Assembly (NCBI GenBank): GCA_018221205.1
Contig: JAAOYF010000014.1
Coordinates: 1-45,397 of the forward strand
Direction: 5' to 3'
DNA length: 45,397 bases
DNA from: Candidatus Woesearchaeota archaeon
Lineage (GTDB): Archaea; Nanobdellota; Nanobdellia; Woesearchaeales; WJIZ01
Shown here piece by piece: positions 42,501-45,397 of the stretch. A model generated the notes under the pieces. It saw only the letters and a list, made by a program, of their open reading frames with translations. It did no database searches and had not been told where the DNA came from. Position 1 is the first letter of the stretch. Each line of letters opens with the position of its first letter. Position numbers and translations under genes: made by a program.

Positions 42501-45396
42501 AAGCTATGGCTGGATAGAGCTCTACCAGAATGCATCTCTCGTAAACTCAGGCTACAATTTCATCTCTAACTTGACCACGTTCAACTCCCCAGCCTACTAC
42601 AACTACACTGCAATCTATAACACAACAGAAAACTACTCAACAAGCCAAGAGACCCATCACTTAACAGTCCAGGACACCACAACTCCAACAATCTCAATCA
42701 TTGCTCCATTAGACGACGAATTACTAGGCTGGACAATCTTATTGAGAGCAAACGTAACCGATCTTAACCTCCATACTGTAAGATACCAAGTCCATAATGG
42801 CACAAGTAACGATAAGATAATAGATTCAGGAATCATGAACAACTTCCAAGGAGATTTATTCAACGGCACGTTATACACAAACGCAACCTGGCCTTATCCA
42901 ACTGCTTTCAGGAACTCAACTAATCTGACATTCATAATCTTCGCCAATGACACTTCTGGAAACTTAATTAACCTCTCAACCAATTTCACCTTGGATAACA
43001 CTCGCCCAAGCATACAATACCTCACTCCACCACCAGGAGGAATCTTCTACAACGCAGACTTCGATATGAACATCTTCCTAGCTAACACATTACTAAATTA
43101 TAGCTACGTCAACATCTCCCAAATATCAACCATCCAATTCAATGACACCAATTTATCAGTCTCAACCTTTACTTGGGCAGATCACGTCGATATTGACTCA
43201 TACAATGAAGGCAATTACACCGTAACCACTTTAGCAAGAGACTACGTCCAGAACAATCGCACTAGAGAGACCTGGTTCTACGTAGACAAGTCAGCTCCAA
43301 ATGCATCTAACTGGATTACTCCAACCTCAGCAAACAACACCTTCACCAACGTACAGATTCAATCCTTCAACTTCACCTGTTCAGATTCATTCCTCGATGA
43401 TGTCTGGCTAGACTTCGAAGGAACCCTAAACAGCACTCCATTCAACAACAATGACGCTTACTGGTGGACCTTCAATCTAGGAGAAGGAACATACGATTAT
43501 ACAGCATACTGCAACGACTCAGCAAGCAACATAAACCAGACTCAGGCATGGAGAATAAACATAGACTTGACCTCTCCAACCTGGTCAAACAATGACACAG
43601 ACCCACAATCTCCAGTAACTTATGCAAGTGGAGCCAGCTACCAATTCAACATCACCTGGAATGACAATTACGGAGTCAATTCCACAATATTCGAGCATAA
43701 TTTCACAGGAACTCTAACCAACTACTCAATCGCAGGCTCAAATGGTAACGAGTACTACTACGACTACTCTGACTTGGCAGCAGGTTACTACATCTGGAGA
43801 AGTTATGCTAATGACACCGCTGGAAACTACAACGTAACTGATCAATTCACCTACACTGTAACCAAAGCAGCATCTTTAGTAAACTTAACATTAAATGACA
43901 CTGATGATAATATAAGTGTAGAAGTAGGAACATTAGTCAACCTCTCAGGATATCTCATAACTCCAAGCTTCGGATCTATAGAATTATACTACAATGACAC
44001 CCTTATAAACTCTGGAAACAACTACATCAGCAACCTCACCCTATTCACAGCCAACGGAACATTCAACATAACTGTCTTGTATCCAGCAACAGAGAACTAC
44101 TCAACAACCTTAGAGACCCATTACATAGACGTCATAGACTCCACAGCACCAACTATCACCTTAAATGCACCCATAGACGGCTACAATACCACACAGACAG
44201 CAATAAACTTCTCCTGGATACCCTATGACAATTACGATACTTCATTATCCTGTAATGTAACCATAGACAGCGTAGTGCAAAGCTCAAATATCATCTCACC
44301 AAACGGATCAATACAGAACTCAACAGTAACCAGCCTCACAGAAGGCCTCCATTCCTGGAACGTAACTTGCTCAGACTACTCCCAGAACATCAATACTTCA
44401 GAAACACGTGTATTCAGGGTTGACACAATAGCCCCAACCTGGTCAAACAACGATACCGATCCACAATCACCAGTAGTATACAGCCAAGGAGCCAGTTACC
44501 AGTTCAACATCACCTGGCAGGATGCAGGAGTTGGCGTAGAGACAGTCTTATTCGAGCACAACTTCACCAGAACCTTCACCAACTACTCAATAAGCGGAAG
44601 CAACAGCAATGAATACTATTATGATTACTCCGACTTAGCTGCAGGCTACTACGTCTGGAGAAGTTACGCCAATGACACTTTAGGAAACGAGAATATCTCT
44701 GACCAGTTCACTTACACAGTAACAAGAGCGACAAGCGACATAAATCTCTCATTGAACTACACTGATGCAGACCTGACAATCGCAGCCTACTCAACAATCA
44801 ATATCTCAGGAGAATTATTGACCCCAAGCTTCGGCTACATCGAATTATGGCAGAATGATACCTTAATCAACTCCGGACCGAATTACATAAGCAACCTTTC
44901 AACATTCAATGAGATAGGTTATTTCAACATAACAGCCATCTATAACGCAACAGAGAACTACTCAACAAGCAGAGAGACCCATTTCCTCACAGTAACTGAT
45001 GCAACACCACCAAGGGTTGACTTAAACGCACCGATAGACGGCTACAACACCACTCAAACAGCAGTAAACTTCAGCTGGATACCATACGATAACTTCGACA
45101 CCAGTCTGCTCTGTAATCTCACGGTGGACGGAGTGTTCAACAAGACAGATATCATCTCTCCAAATGGATCAATCCAGAATTCAACAGTCTTAGGCTTCTA
45201 TGACGGCATCCATTCCTGGAACGTCACCTGTACTGATGATTACAACAATGTAAATACTTCACTAACAAGATCATTCAGGATCGACACCATAGCTCCAACC
45301 TGGTCAAATAATGATACAGACCCACAATCACCTGTAACATACGCACAAGGAGCCAACTATCAGTTCAACATAACTTGGCAGGATGCAGGAGTAGGC
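18487..45396 (+). CDS. Giant multidomain cell-surface glycoprotein/adhesin, at least 8,970 aa, 3' end outside the window
   Basis: Frame +1 from GTG 18487 (alternative GTG 18472): MKEKNKVIESLKRAFANKSSVLVLAVLLATMLFAALLYFNPTITGFAVF... Every segment I translated is open, up to ...QFNITWQDAGVG at the window end. The ORF track lists no terminated frame +1 ORF here, as expected for one unterminated frame. Confidence 0.93.
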   Translation, partial: MKEKNKVIESLKRAFANKSSVLVLAVLLATMLFAALLYFNPTITGFAVFDQNEISEKVEWNLDKTTQKTITLNATKELTAISISGELNGSARVYLLYNDERYLIFDGSNVTSLVYPLQANVSNASITTILKYQSGTAFDPDDDGISLDTEAIDFTVNESRINETLNASNLCTVWAAEQSLCHGSSSCCDFLDLNQDSEDWDDAFYLTSKQPSYSVSAQIFYIDYSLDPKNPYTDFYSSSKATLPAFFYKTQGTFTAECTDTCTLSGIKGSSFTLLIEIDDGSMTIDGLQYSLDSATNSPPSFQDLPNLTIEKDSTYMLNLSDYVSDSEGDILTYKVFQLDNISINFSGNLAYLTPDPGYRGQASTFIIANDSQAIGISNIFTIMVEETEEPFKPIKQVELGKPVTWRKRLSATKNLTFNLTPHAYNISVKQIITDISLKIPERFIAIAGKSLKKYNNDTFIKVKQKLLKAQQQDIQLNIENTTGTVEIEYMTEGPEAFESSLDNGKQVIISSEVHYEDIKAFTTIRESSLSSINLFHVINGTKQKIAFNASDTDGDSLYDYIEWTIPHLSNQTYEIIYISKAEHLDTNRTFIADITDKVESRDGDWIAVPDSNYVRITFERKLSKGRDITIFARSNDSATVEVFLENSTDQLANFGSINIDQRYQIFLNNLTQEADTFDLLVSGGTVEFDYIVDPAVGVNITQPDAAAPGMDVVVQFVGTSFDATDTVTVNTTDIIVGPITVTDQTGAVVSSGGRVLTTVFFISDVATDQDVQVNITGSTIPNPFKIITPTTGSGNFTGASGTVTIGDGNNGTRTQGGAIILDSLIIPSGVTVIVDTSDPDATASNGNQGFLPAVILVDGPVNISGTLNISGQDGAVGASAGTGGAGGDGGPGAGGGGSAGGDGTAAIGAGGDGFSGGGGGARGSGGDGGDGGAGTGGPGVAGGDGGGGDGGYPMFGDSPLGGQGGEDPGGSAGSTGAGGSGDPFGTQATASAGVNTAGEGGASGAGESGGASGGGGGGFGTAGTDGQQQSGGDLNEQGYGGLVAGNQFLVPLSGGSGGSGGSPDDGGSGDRMGGGGAGGGGSVLIYSPIEIRITGYILSEGGDGGNAGPGGTQRAGAGGGGSGGAITLQSPIINNTGLINTTGGGAGTYGGTGAAGGTGGLGRLRIDGARDSTYFGSGSTYGSGFIGPALTEIEVDQISGIAAASSTVDIRIINSLGTDYYKTTADSDGDFTITPAYRKGLNYISAMQNTSSDTYSVMGSASVGVFDYTPPPNITALDYPPDVSFVNDVPLDYNFTVHDDQFIANCSLWTNMSATWTLNTTIVPTTNNSQTYNITLIVPDGKFKWNVQCYDNASGSSWFSTNYTFTLDSIKPEATIISIDPNPANQTLDNVTVEWAASDIHLHTAYVNVTYQDGSFISQYTDNFTLTTINLSDAGNYTITLFANDSAGNINTTSSILTVIDRIPPNITLINPTNRTYDMDGNINFTFNITDFSSILNCSLLFSGIPISSNTSVNKSIAQKFRQTNMADGDYIWHISCTDAETNLGRSSNWTVIVDKTLPTVTLNYPENNRYFSQLTLQMNHTPDDPGVADHLEACELWTNFSSSWQLNQTEYSPKSDQNNGFDFVTLSENVYSWNVVCNDTAKNIGWGTANYTFTVDITNPTVEFIWPTPINNSNQTSSSLTINVSHTEIHPEILVLLINSSRNVTKPYSGSFTNMTLTDLDDGIYTVRVGVNDSAKNINYTEIRLIRIDATPPQLYLESPLNDTWKTSTSVDFNYNTSDNLIGVENCTLYIAGTLNDTSSSITEGISQQLSANIGNSFSNEWYVSCIDRLGNTNDSETRIIKVDITFPGMEDEAINGTEFDVNDHICLNVTASDTYSGVAQVLAEIDYPTSGLTNVSLSNSSTCKGAGGAVWAAALQLVEDKNYNWSRTFAVDIAGNVNITYPPTILNWSANATIFLNTTILQPTINFVLNESSNSINVSYLQQCNVSCRDDSSASCEGIYLFTDYFEGSWNTITTTTQTFISSLDNYSCGTLAAEESCQQTFNVTIGRESGGSTYRMRCRTSSTNAPSDYSVEFNLTVNDYPVAKMLYPTNNEWLHGIEIINVSTSTDDREITQYIFEVDNNTDFDSPTLLCDTLNTGAQGTASTGNLTGTYGQSGGNYTNTTQNDTSYWFVGNSGSFSINAYAVATYNLSKTGVAEEDLTALSFSMVYCHSGSDYPGVECAGTAATGSVDGTQQVEAFNYSNSQWTDIGDLRTDDAGNEIYDEFSVPGNLSDFINDTSDEIRIRYEMDYINAFAEDRSFLVIDHAILDISYDLGLDSCSFDTTNQTQCDEESQTCYLRLNVTDSDGLRNSTYITISIDNIGPTTTLLRPINFTNITASTYLMNVSVQDVGSGADTITYLYRENNTASWNSLCTRSTTPYNCTWDLSSLEEGRNYQLRAYANDSESNLGGNDTAMNITLDRLGPIITLNAPGNNTWNLDDIIFNYTVNDIHSDIASCSLLINSITNQTNTTITEGADLKFTINGIADGYYTWRVLCKDMLDNVNNSEIRILKVDNSGPTSTVINPPDFTNISGSYTVNATVTDAGSGVNTTLFYYRQNLSASWMLICSDETSPYECNWDTSSLPEAVSYEVRAYANDSLGYIGDNDTNTNISVDRTSPVINLLAPGNNSQDVDGIVDFNFSVTDALLGVPNCSLIINGSVNRTAFGIQESSAENITLDNLVNGFYHWNVSCSDDAGNTNTSDTRAVTIAPDADPPNVSLNSPTNSSTISNQDVALTYTVTDALSEISNCSLFFLETFNQTNSTAVTEGASNVFNVYNLDNGNYSWRVECTDTAVSPNTGASGTYNFTVNNLPSMRINLTADQLQYEVGERASLNTSTSDEFGNPINTTVTTDIILGNTSTPWWNTSWKRRKPVFINDTTGSYRADVLVNVNVSGLGGYITDCTNEIRVVGNNSLSFSDVPVNIVGGDNSTYCDITFRGNVSASAVDENTYFVYYNNSGAADPGHGLMNITENVTFDTFEADFGNWTDQGGTCLYVRNQDVTPSATTGFGNTGGQGFDHTLGTSSGWYIYVEASGNVCQGGDTEADVVSNSFTAGSASTTLSFWFQMHGNAVGTLHVDVNDGGWNNDLWTQVNQNQSSPLDPWAFAQVDLSAYSGQLQVRFRYDGVTGWQADQLLDDINITVGNRISNGLASYTGETEEFIQENTSVTGDDGYWIWSWNTFGQSFGNYSAVSLSTSQDYDDGSDYTLFEIIPDTSNPRISLNYPYNNSWNNTNSLTFHYTPTDNAHHFANCSLYFNSILNKTNTTSISDAQQNSFSLSGIVVGKHNWSISCFDISGNQNSSETRFFFIDQTPPSINLDWPIDGYNTTTSMLDLNFTAFDNMDTGLTCNITLDNVMLSSIGAANGTLSGANAEDLTNSLHRWNVTCQDNATNVNTSLTRTFIVDSIAPTIELNKPSNDSWDNSGLIEFNFTATDTYLHRCELWGNFSASWLKNRTVYGPPSGSETNFSKVTIPDGIYYWGVNCSDYAGNLNWSNANFTIKIDTTIPQIGFASNNPINNSNQSSTSVFINATHTEVNSHTIIFYWNGSQNETRAYSSLYTNITLPNIVDGPYTYYVWVNDSATNENQTETRTITIDTIAPDLSLVSPQNNSWINNASNPALFIYTADDDLLIVENCSLYVDSIWNQTNATISEGINQNFTLQLYSANYTWNVQCYDTVGNLNTSETRKAKVDLSFPTIANTNTNNTNTTVSDYICINATIADTFSQVLQAYAHIVDPDSVTQTVYLVDNSTTTCDGSNGDGIYSATYQLTKAGTYNWTRMYAKDFAGNLNLTFVGIEMNSTSFISMNSTLYYPTGTFEINESTGSFAMNCSATCDPTSETCTNVRLRASYNESGSSYITTLTTDLTNDINGYVCGDLSPGATCSNVFTIDASDTSGQENWRVWCTGNSDNAGSIDSEDEVNLTINDRPYAMWDYPIDLEWLSGTENLTALSSYDNDGSLGLYTFELDNNTAFSTPTTICDSTDGNCTFDTTSQSQCTQHTFDCYLKLTVTDDNYATNSTILNIGIDNIGPTTTILRPLNGTNISTSVYEMNASIVDTGSGVNTTIFEQRPDILSGWQVACTDTDGTSPFNCSWNLASLDDGKSYQVRMRANDSEGNYGSYITVYNITVDRYGPAIDLNSPANNTWSLNDIIFRYTPDDAFSYITSCSLYLNAQQNKSNSSITDGLSQNVSVWDMADGDYNWSIQCTDSLGNQNSSLTRKIKIDNTGPTASLDQPQNFTNISGAYTVNATVMDAGIGINATSFYYRQNFSASWSLLCSDTTAPYGCNWNTLGSPERNSYEVRAFANDSLGNRGANYTSYNITIDNTPPSLALILPDNNSQDIDGAVNFTFTVSDALIGISQCILIINSSTNATYNSPAEDATLGFYVTTLRNNSHQWSVNCTDTAGNTQASDFRNITIGPDNDAPLITLLTPANESTYTSSDIAFNYVVNDLLSGIANCSLYFDSQFNQTNSSAITEDETNTFSINNVPNGNYSWQVECTDTAAPPNSALSVIHNFTLVETQALHVNVSLDQTVYEQGEIAIINSSATDIFGNPIEANVTTDIILGKTEVGWWNSSWLLRRRFNLTTPDESNRTAEIVKVNISGLGGSIESCSNELRIIRGTVVKTEISFTSEAGDDSTYCYVRFITNITYGTPEIYYAYYNNSNAPAPGYSTVATQYVANGNMNGASDWTYTETEASDVGEYSTAQSNSPSRSYHIYNDGTSGTIGLYGEIYQDIELPCVGCNLTISAYNRLESAGSTVAAFVAHIIIDTFYLSSIDFPGSAGSPIDWTIRSNTSYRPQSSTERLYLRMTTNMDFAGWGQRDSYWDDVNITINKPIDTSMVMSAEENWISTNSNETGDGGYWIWYWSTYTQEVSNYSAVSYVTNPNYNPGSNSSFFEILPDTSNPAVSLISPLNLSWNKTGNVTFKYIPTDNAHRFANCSLILNDAFNKTNSSAITEAVQNSLSLNNMAEGAYNWSITCFDLEDNQNTSVTQFFYVDKTKPAISLEYPIDSFNTSLTTINFNFTVTDYFYPDNMNCELYYDSKINNSASLLVPNGSYSNYTVNNMVGGSHTWRVTCQDNATNLNTSLTRSFIIDFIAPSTTLNAPENNSWDADGSVQMQYTPVDTYLKSCDLWGNFSGSWAFNQTDSNPSSGSQNSFNAIALTDGYYIWAVNCTDHSLNYNWSKNNFSINIDTTAPTIDFAGGTASDDSYYNRDYIYVNVTASDSNEANITFRLYNTTSIVNITTLPAGYRDINFTGLNTNEQYTYNVTILDKARNNASTSTRTLTLDSINPIVSLDAPADSHLTNSTIITFNYTSFNTNADSCTIYHNASGWAANDTQSVTSGVQKSVSKTFFDGDFIWNVFCNDSAGNAAWNATNFTFIIDTTAPSIDFAGNNPVNNSNQSSSQVFINTTHTEVHPDTIRLYWNGVQNQTKTYAATYTNFTLIPIADGSYTYYVWINDTAWNKNQTETRKITVDTTPPTLSLNAPENDTWSNELRTLFNFTTNDALIGVQACSLVIDSKLNQTNSSISEGVSQYFNHVLGSSYGYNWSVNCTDTLGNENISETRIIKIDKSLPTITGENINETSLEVNFQICLNVSVTDTYSDLASVIATVEFPSGEQNVSLSNTTGCGNVGGSIWTDELSLPEQGDYNWTRTYATDNAGNTQLNYLSVQRNWSTFANNFLNSTITRPIANFELNESTVAAVSYYNQSCEASCEVSSTLDCENVYIFADYYDGSWTKITTATTKFYADVDNGSCGTVTKGDTCSQQFNVSVGTNAGGTIYPIRCRAASTNSATSYSTETLEVNATINDFPVARFSHPTNSTWHYGVEILNASTSTDDQGISLYSFELDNNQAFSSPTLLCSTADANCTFNTSAQTECTEEVMGCYLRLNVTDSDGLKNWTIITFGIDNTGPTAVLDRPRNFTNTSSNAYTVNASLSDAGNGSISAAIFQYRENFQETWTTACIDYTAPFACSWNLAALPDHNQYELLVYGNDSFGNIGGNDTHYNITLDKTPAAITLFNPDNNSVDTDGFIAFSYNVTDNLSSPSSCTLVLNSKANETNSSVLESQNNSFSLEYMGEQKYNWSINCTDTLGNVGSSVNYNLTVDIDDDAPNITLVAPENESTYTSKVIIFQYDVVDALSGIANCSLYFNNEFNQTNSSTVSESVTNTFTITNVNDGNYSWYVQCADSNWKYHSVGTSDIFNFTLVVTTNIKVNVTASSATYQQGEFANITTKTVDKFSNAINTSVTTSFINASTTIPWWNSSFSYRRQMNITNPSTATLSANYTANYTLDTTGFVSAGLMQTSGKDLRIAWWNNETNSWTEMDRLVTSMNTASTTALFKIRRNISASSSDLSYYLYYGNSSVADGPTDRKNIYFYFDGFDTDTLSNYNTTRAFSSSSEESDDNLTHDSRGWINYSGSANYGKSLRKEIPNIKDAIIEIDQYVDTMLGAPTASRLEVAAKMNEDSYYYFYASTNLFNSQLGRYNDGSETFSTTRNIQYTDVDTWYRLKFVVYDNGSNVYLNSYVDGSLMIGYNDTNVQKLNTTGGFGIGSYQLDGRWDNLTVSRYFDTPPTFSTKGEEYLVATQTEETGLDGILTILQDTITFETGSHTAISLASNPNYLNGFNYTTITIVADTDYPQVSLVSPENNSWLNNQNVSFVYVPTDNTQKFANCSLILNSIYNETNSTPLTHNAQNNFTLNDMPQGYHNWSITCFDLAQQQNTSVTQYFYIDTTDPTVTPQYPSDDSYLSLVDINFNFTVSDNLDAELLCNLTLDSKQNNSQYIVAQNGSYANYTIHNIINGNHTWSVTCSDNATNVQTTSTLSLVVDTIEPGITLQAPAPAFATGDDFISFNWTAIDNLDTSLFCNLTVDGKVNASTVVSPNGTMVNHTTHNLGFGTHYWNVTCEDTSLNTNTSLTRNFTISGQPPYWSNNQNFTPATYSPTQQSSFNITWQDDISINSAWFESNYSGSRTNLSMTDLAADKYNFSGILPAGTHYWRSHANDSSGLWNQTNEWTFTIAKVSTSCSLDVSASPVSYSVQTQANCSCTNLDLSASLFRNGSDVTSQNGTFTTLAAGNWYYTCNVTSTQNYTTDSISRWINVTQAAGTLNLFINSSTADYRYNVSFDTNITCLLATPSTGNLTIYEDGVQIQSAIADRANLTRTYTAPAQHNITCILEDHLNYTASDFSWLNATDEDSLSLSQNYPPQNYYNDSSDPYQITFDCSATDNYNLQNITLYMTGPLNQSFAPNQSASLTGTSDSATWPVTLGNGNYTWNCLVYDEYNNTLWGVNRTVLINYTIDINISDLAGNRLDYTLENLGQTDGLYDLRITFTSEDPDAMLIRGYNDTAEGYILFESPTNETWGQDSYAISIEGAVLNNLTLTLVANGSYVYKCDNWNMSNLTCKDENVWDTIALPTLNQKYNITINSTDPGFVELNIPESDVLDDSIAGESSPSTEWGGASVTAIQNYTNNAAHSMYKFNISSIPSDANIQSATLYLTCNQENLESGDSISFGAHRVYGNFGWIEGTGSGIGGAACTGEEFCWNNKPTQGTEYNATAEDSDTFGNGCPGTQVALNVFHMVKAAYLNSEDNISIYIVPNGTTAGTVTNDWIRIASKENNNPARRPVLNITYTTVPKVINLTPKAGTVFDTNVGVNISANVTDNPAAANISWVLVNITLPDASLEQIRLNNTQGDDIYYGNYSNTSLIGTYTVRFIANNTDDVENASETTWFYIRDSISPVVSLQSPIPNYYNDTSDPSDVFFNCSVTDNYNLQNLTLYLTDSLNQSFVPNSSASINGTFNYSTWTVSLGNGNYTWNCLAFDEFNNTDWGINRTILINYSDKPPYWSNNQNYTVSTYSSTERSSFNITWEDDYGVSSVWFESNYTGTAENYSMNALGSSKYNYSAVFPAGTFYWRSYANDTLNQWNQTSQWLFTVARAASSVNLSLNYTDADITIEAGSTINISADLLIPSYGWIELYQNASLVNSGYNFISNLTTFNSPAYYNYTAIYNTTENYSTSQETHHLTVQDTTTPTISIIAPLDDELLGWTILLRANVTDLNLHTVRYQVHNGTSNDKIIDSGIMNNFQGDLFNGTLYTNATWPYPTAFRNSTNLTFIIFANDTSGNLINLSTNFTLDNTRPSIQYLTPPPGGIFYNADFDMNIFLANTLLNYSYVNISQISTIQFNDTNLSVSTFTWADHVDIDSYNEGNYTVTTLARDYVQNNRTRETWFYVDKSAPNASNWITPTSANNTFTNVQIQSFNFTCSDSFLDDVWLDFEGTLNSTPFNNNDAYWWTFNLGEGTYDYTAYCNDSASNINQTQAWRINIDLTSPTWSNNDTDPQSPVTYASGASYQFNITWNDNYGVNSTIFEHNFTGTLTNYSIAGSNGNEYYYDYSDLAAGYYIWRSYANDTAGNYNVTDQFTYTVTKAASLVNLTLNDTDDNISVEVGTLVNLSGYLITPSFGSIELYYNDTLINSGNNYISNLTLFTANGTFNITVLYPATENYSTTLETHYIDVIDSTAPTITLNAPIDGYNTTQTAINFSWIPYDNYDTSLSCNVTIDSVVQSSNIISPNGSIQNSTVTSLTEGLHSWNVTCSDYSQNINTSETRVFRVDTIAPTWSNNDTDPQSPVVYSQGASYQFNITWQDAGVGVETVLFEHNFTRTFTNYSISGSNSNEYYYDYSDLAAGYYVWRSYANDTLGNENISDQFTYTVTRATSDINLSLNYTDADLTIAAYSTINISGELLTPSFGYIELWQNDTLINSGPNYISNLSTFNEIGYFNITAIYNATENYSTSRETHFLTVTDATPPRVDLNAPIDGYNTTQTAVNFSWIPYDNFDTSLLCNLTVDGVFNKTDIISPNGSIQNSTVLGFYDGIHSWNVTCTDDYNNVNTSLTRSFRIDTIAPTWSNNDTDPQSPVTYAQGANYQFNITWQDAGVG
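21100..21990 (+). other. Glycine-rich domain of the giant protein
   Basis: GTGGAGGDGGPGAGGGG, GGSGGSGG, GGGGSGGAITL and GGLGRLRIDG repeats; high GC. Confidence 0.85.
23160..39090 (+). repeat. Three degenerate super-repeats within the giant gene (approx. 23160-28830, 28830-33900, 33900-39090)
   Basis: Ordered recurring landmarks: C(E/D)LW(T/G)NFS; NNSNQ..HTE; DNN.(D/A)F..PT..C (24853, 30505, 36154); WWN.S (27199, 32317, 37384); PTDN...FANCSL. Confidence 0.85.
27535..28035 (+). other. MAM-like domain within the giant protein
   Basis: TFEADFGNW...DHTLGTSSGWYIYVEAS...LSFWFQMHGNAVGTLHV...W..AQVDL...LLDDINIT matches the MAM signature. Confidence 0.8.
40910..41490 (+). other. DNRLRE/CBM96-like domain within the giant protein
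   Basis: DDS..ESSPSTEWGG...MYKFNISSIPSDANIQSATLYL...WNNKP...ASKENNNPARRPVLNITY. Confidence 0.7.
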
Positions 45397-45397
45397 G
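43576..45397 (+). repeat. ~860-bp tandem repeats (about 286 aa) in the giant gene, continuing off the window
   Basis: CCAACCTGGTCAAA (PTWSNNDTDPQSPV) at 43576, 44434 and 45295; periods 858 and 861 bp. Confidence 0.9.

Noticed and set aside
18882..42878. Numerous 60-130 aa track ORFs, including Pro-rich 21030-21293 and Arg/Leu/His-rich 20963-21364
   Set aside because: They are shadow ORFs on the antisense strand or alternative frames of the giant gene; the Pro-rich ones mirror Gly codons.
18487..45397. Diversity-generating retroelement target or intein in the giant gene
   Set aside because: I saw no reverse transcriptase, no TR/VR pair differing only at adenines, and no intein terminal motifs.

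Overview
Archaeal chromosomal window, most consistent with a DPANN lineage such as Woesearchaeota. This is inferred from the archaeal PoK/PPS CoA enzymes, Cdc6/Orc1, archease-RtcB, TATA-type promoters, a class III signal-peptide pilin and ITGFAV-type membrane anchors. The first 17 kb is mostly housekeeping: panB-coaBC-pantoate kinase-phosphopantothenate synthetase, TatD, a nucleotidyltransferase, archease-rtcB, a metallophosphoesterase, TsaC/YrdC, acylphosphatase, cdc6, serS, a pilin-like protein and a transglutaminase-domain surface protein. A tRNA-Ser(GCT) at 17523-17606 is surrounded by multi-hairpin elements, and both of its ends are duplicated. Similar short hairpin insertions flanked by direct repeats sit at the starts of rtcB and the metallophosphoesterase gene. 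Six 13-bp repeats phased at 21 bp lie directly upstream of a TATA box and a tandem-HTH gene. That gene overlaps a giant ORF missing from the ORF track (18487 to the window end, at least 8,970 codons, no stop found). The giant ORF encodes a sequon-rich, Ig-like-repeat surface protein with a glycine-rich domain, three ~5.1-5.7 kb super-repeats each carrying a different lectin-like domain in the same slot, and a DNRLRE-like domain. All domain names come from motif recognition by eye, not database searches.
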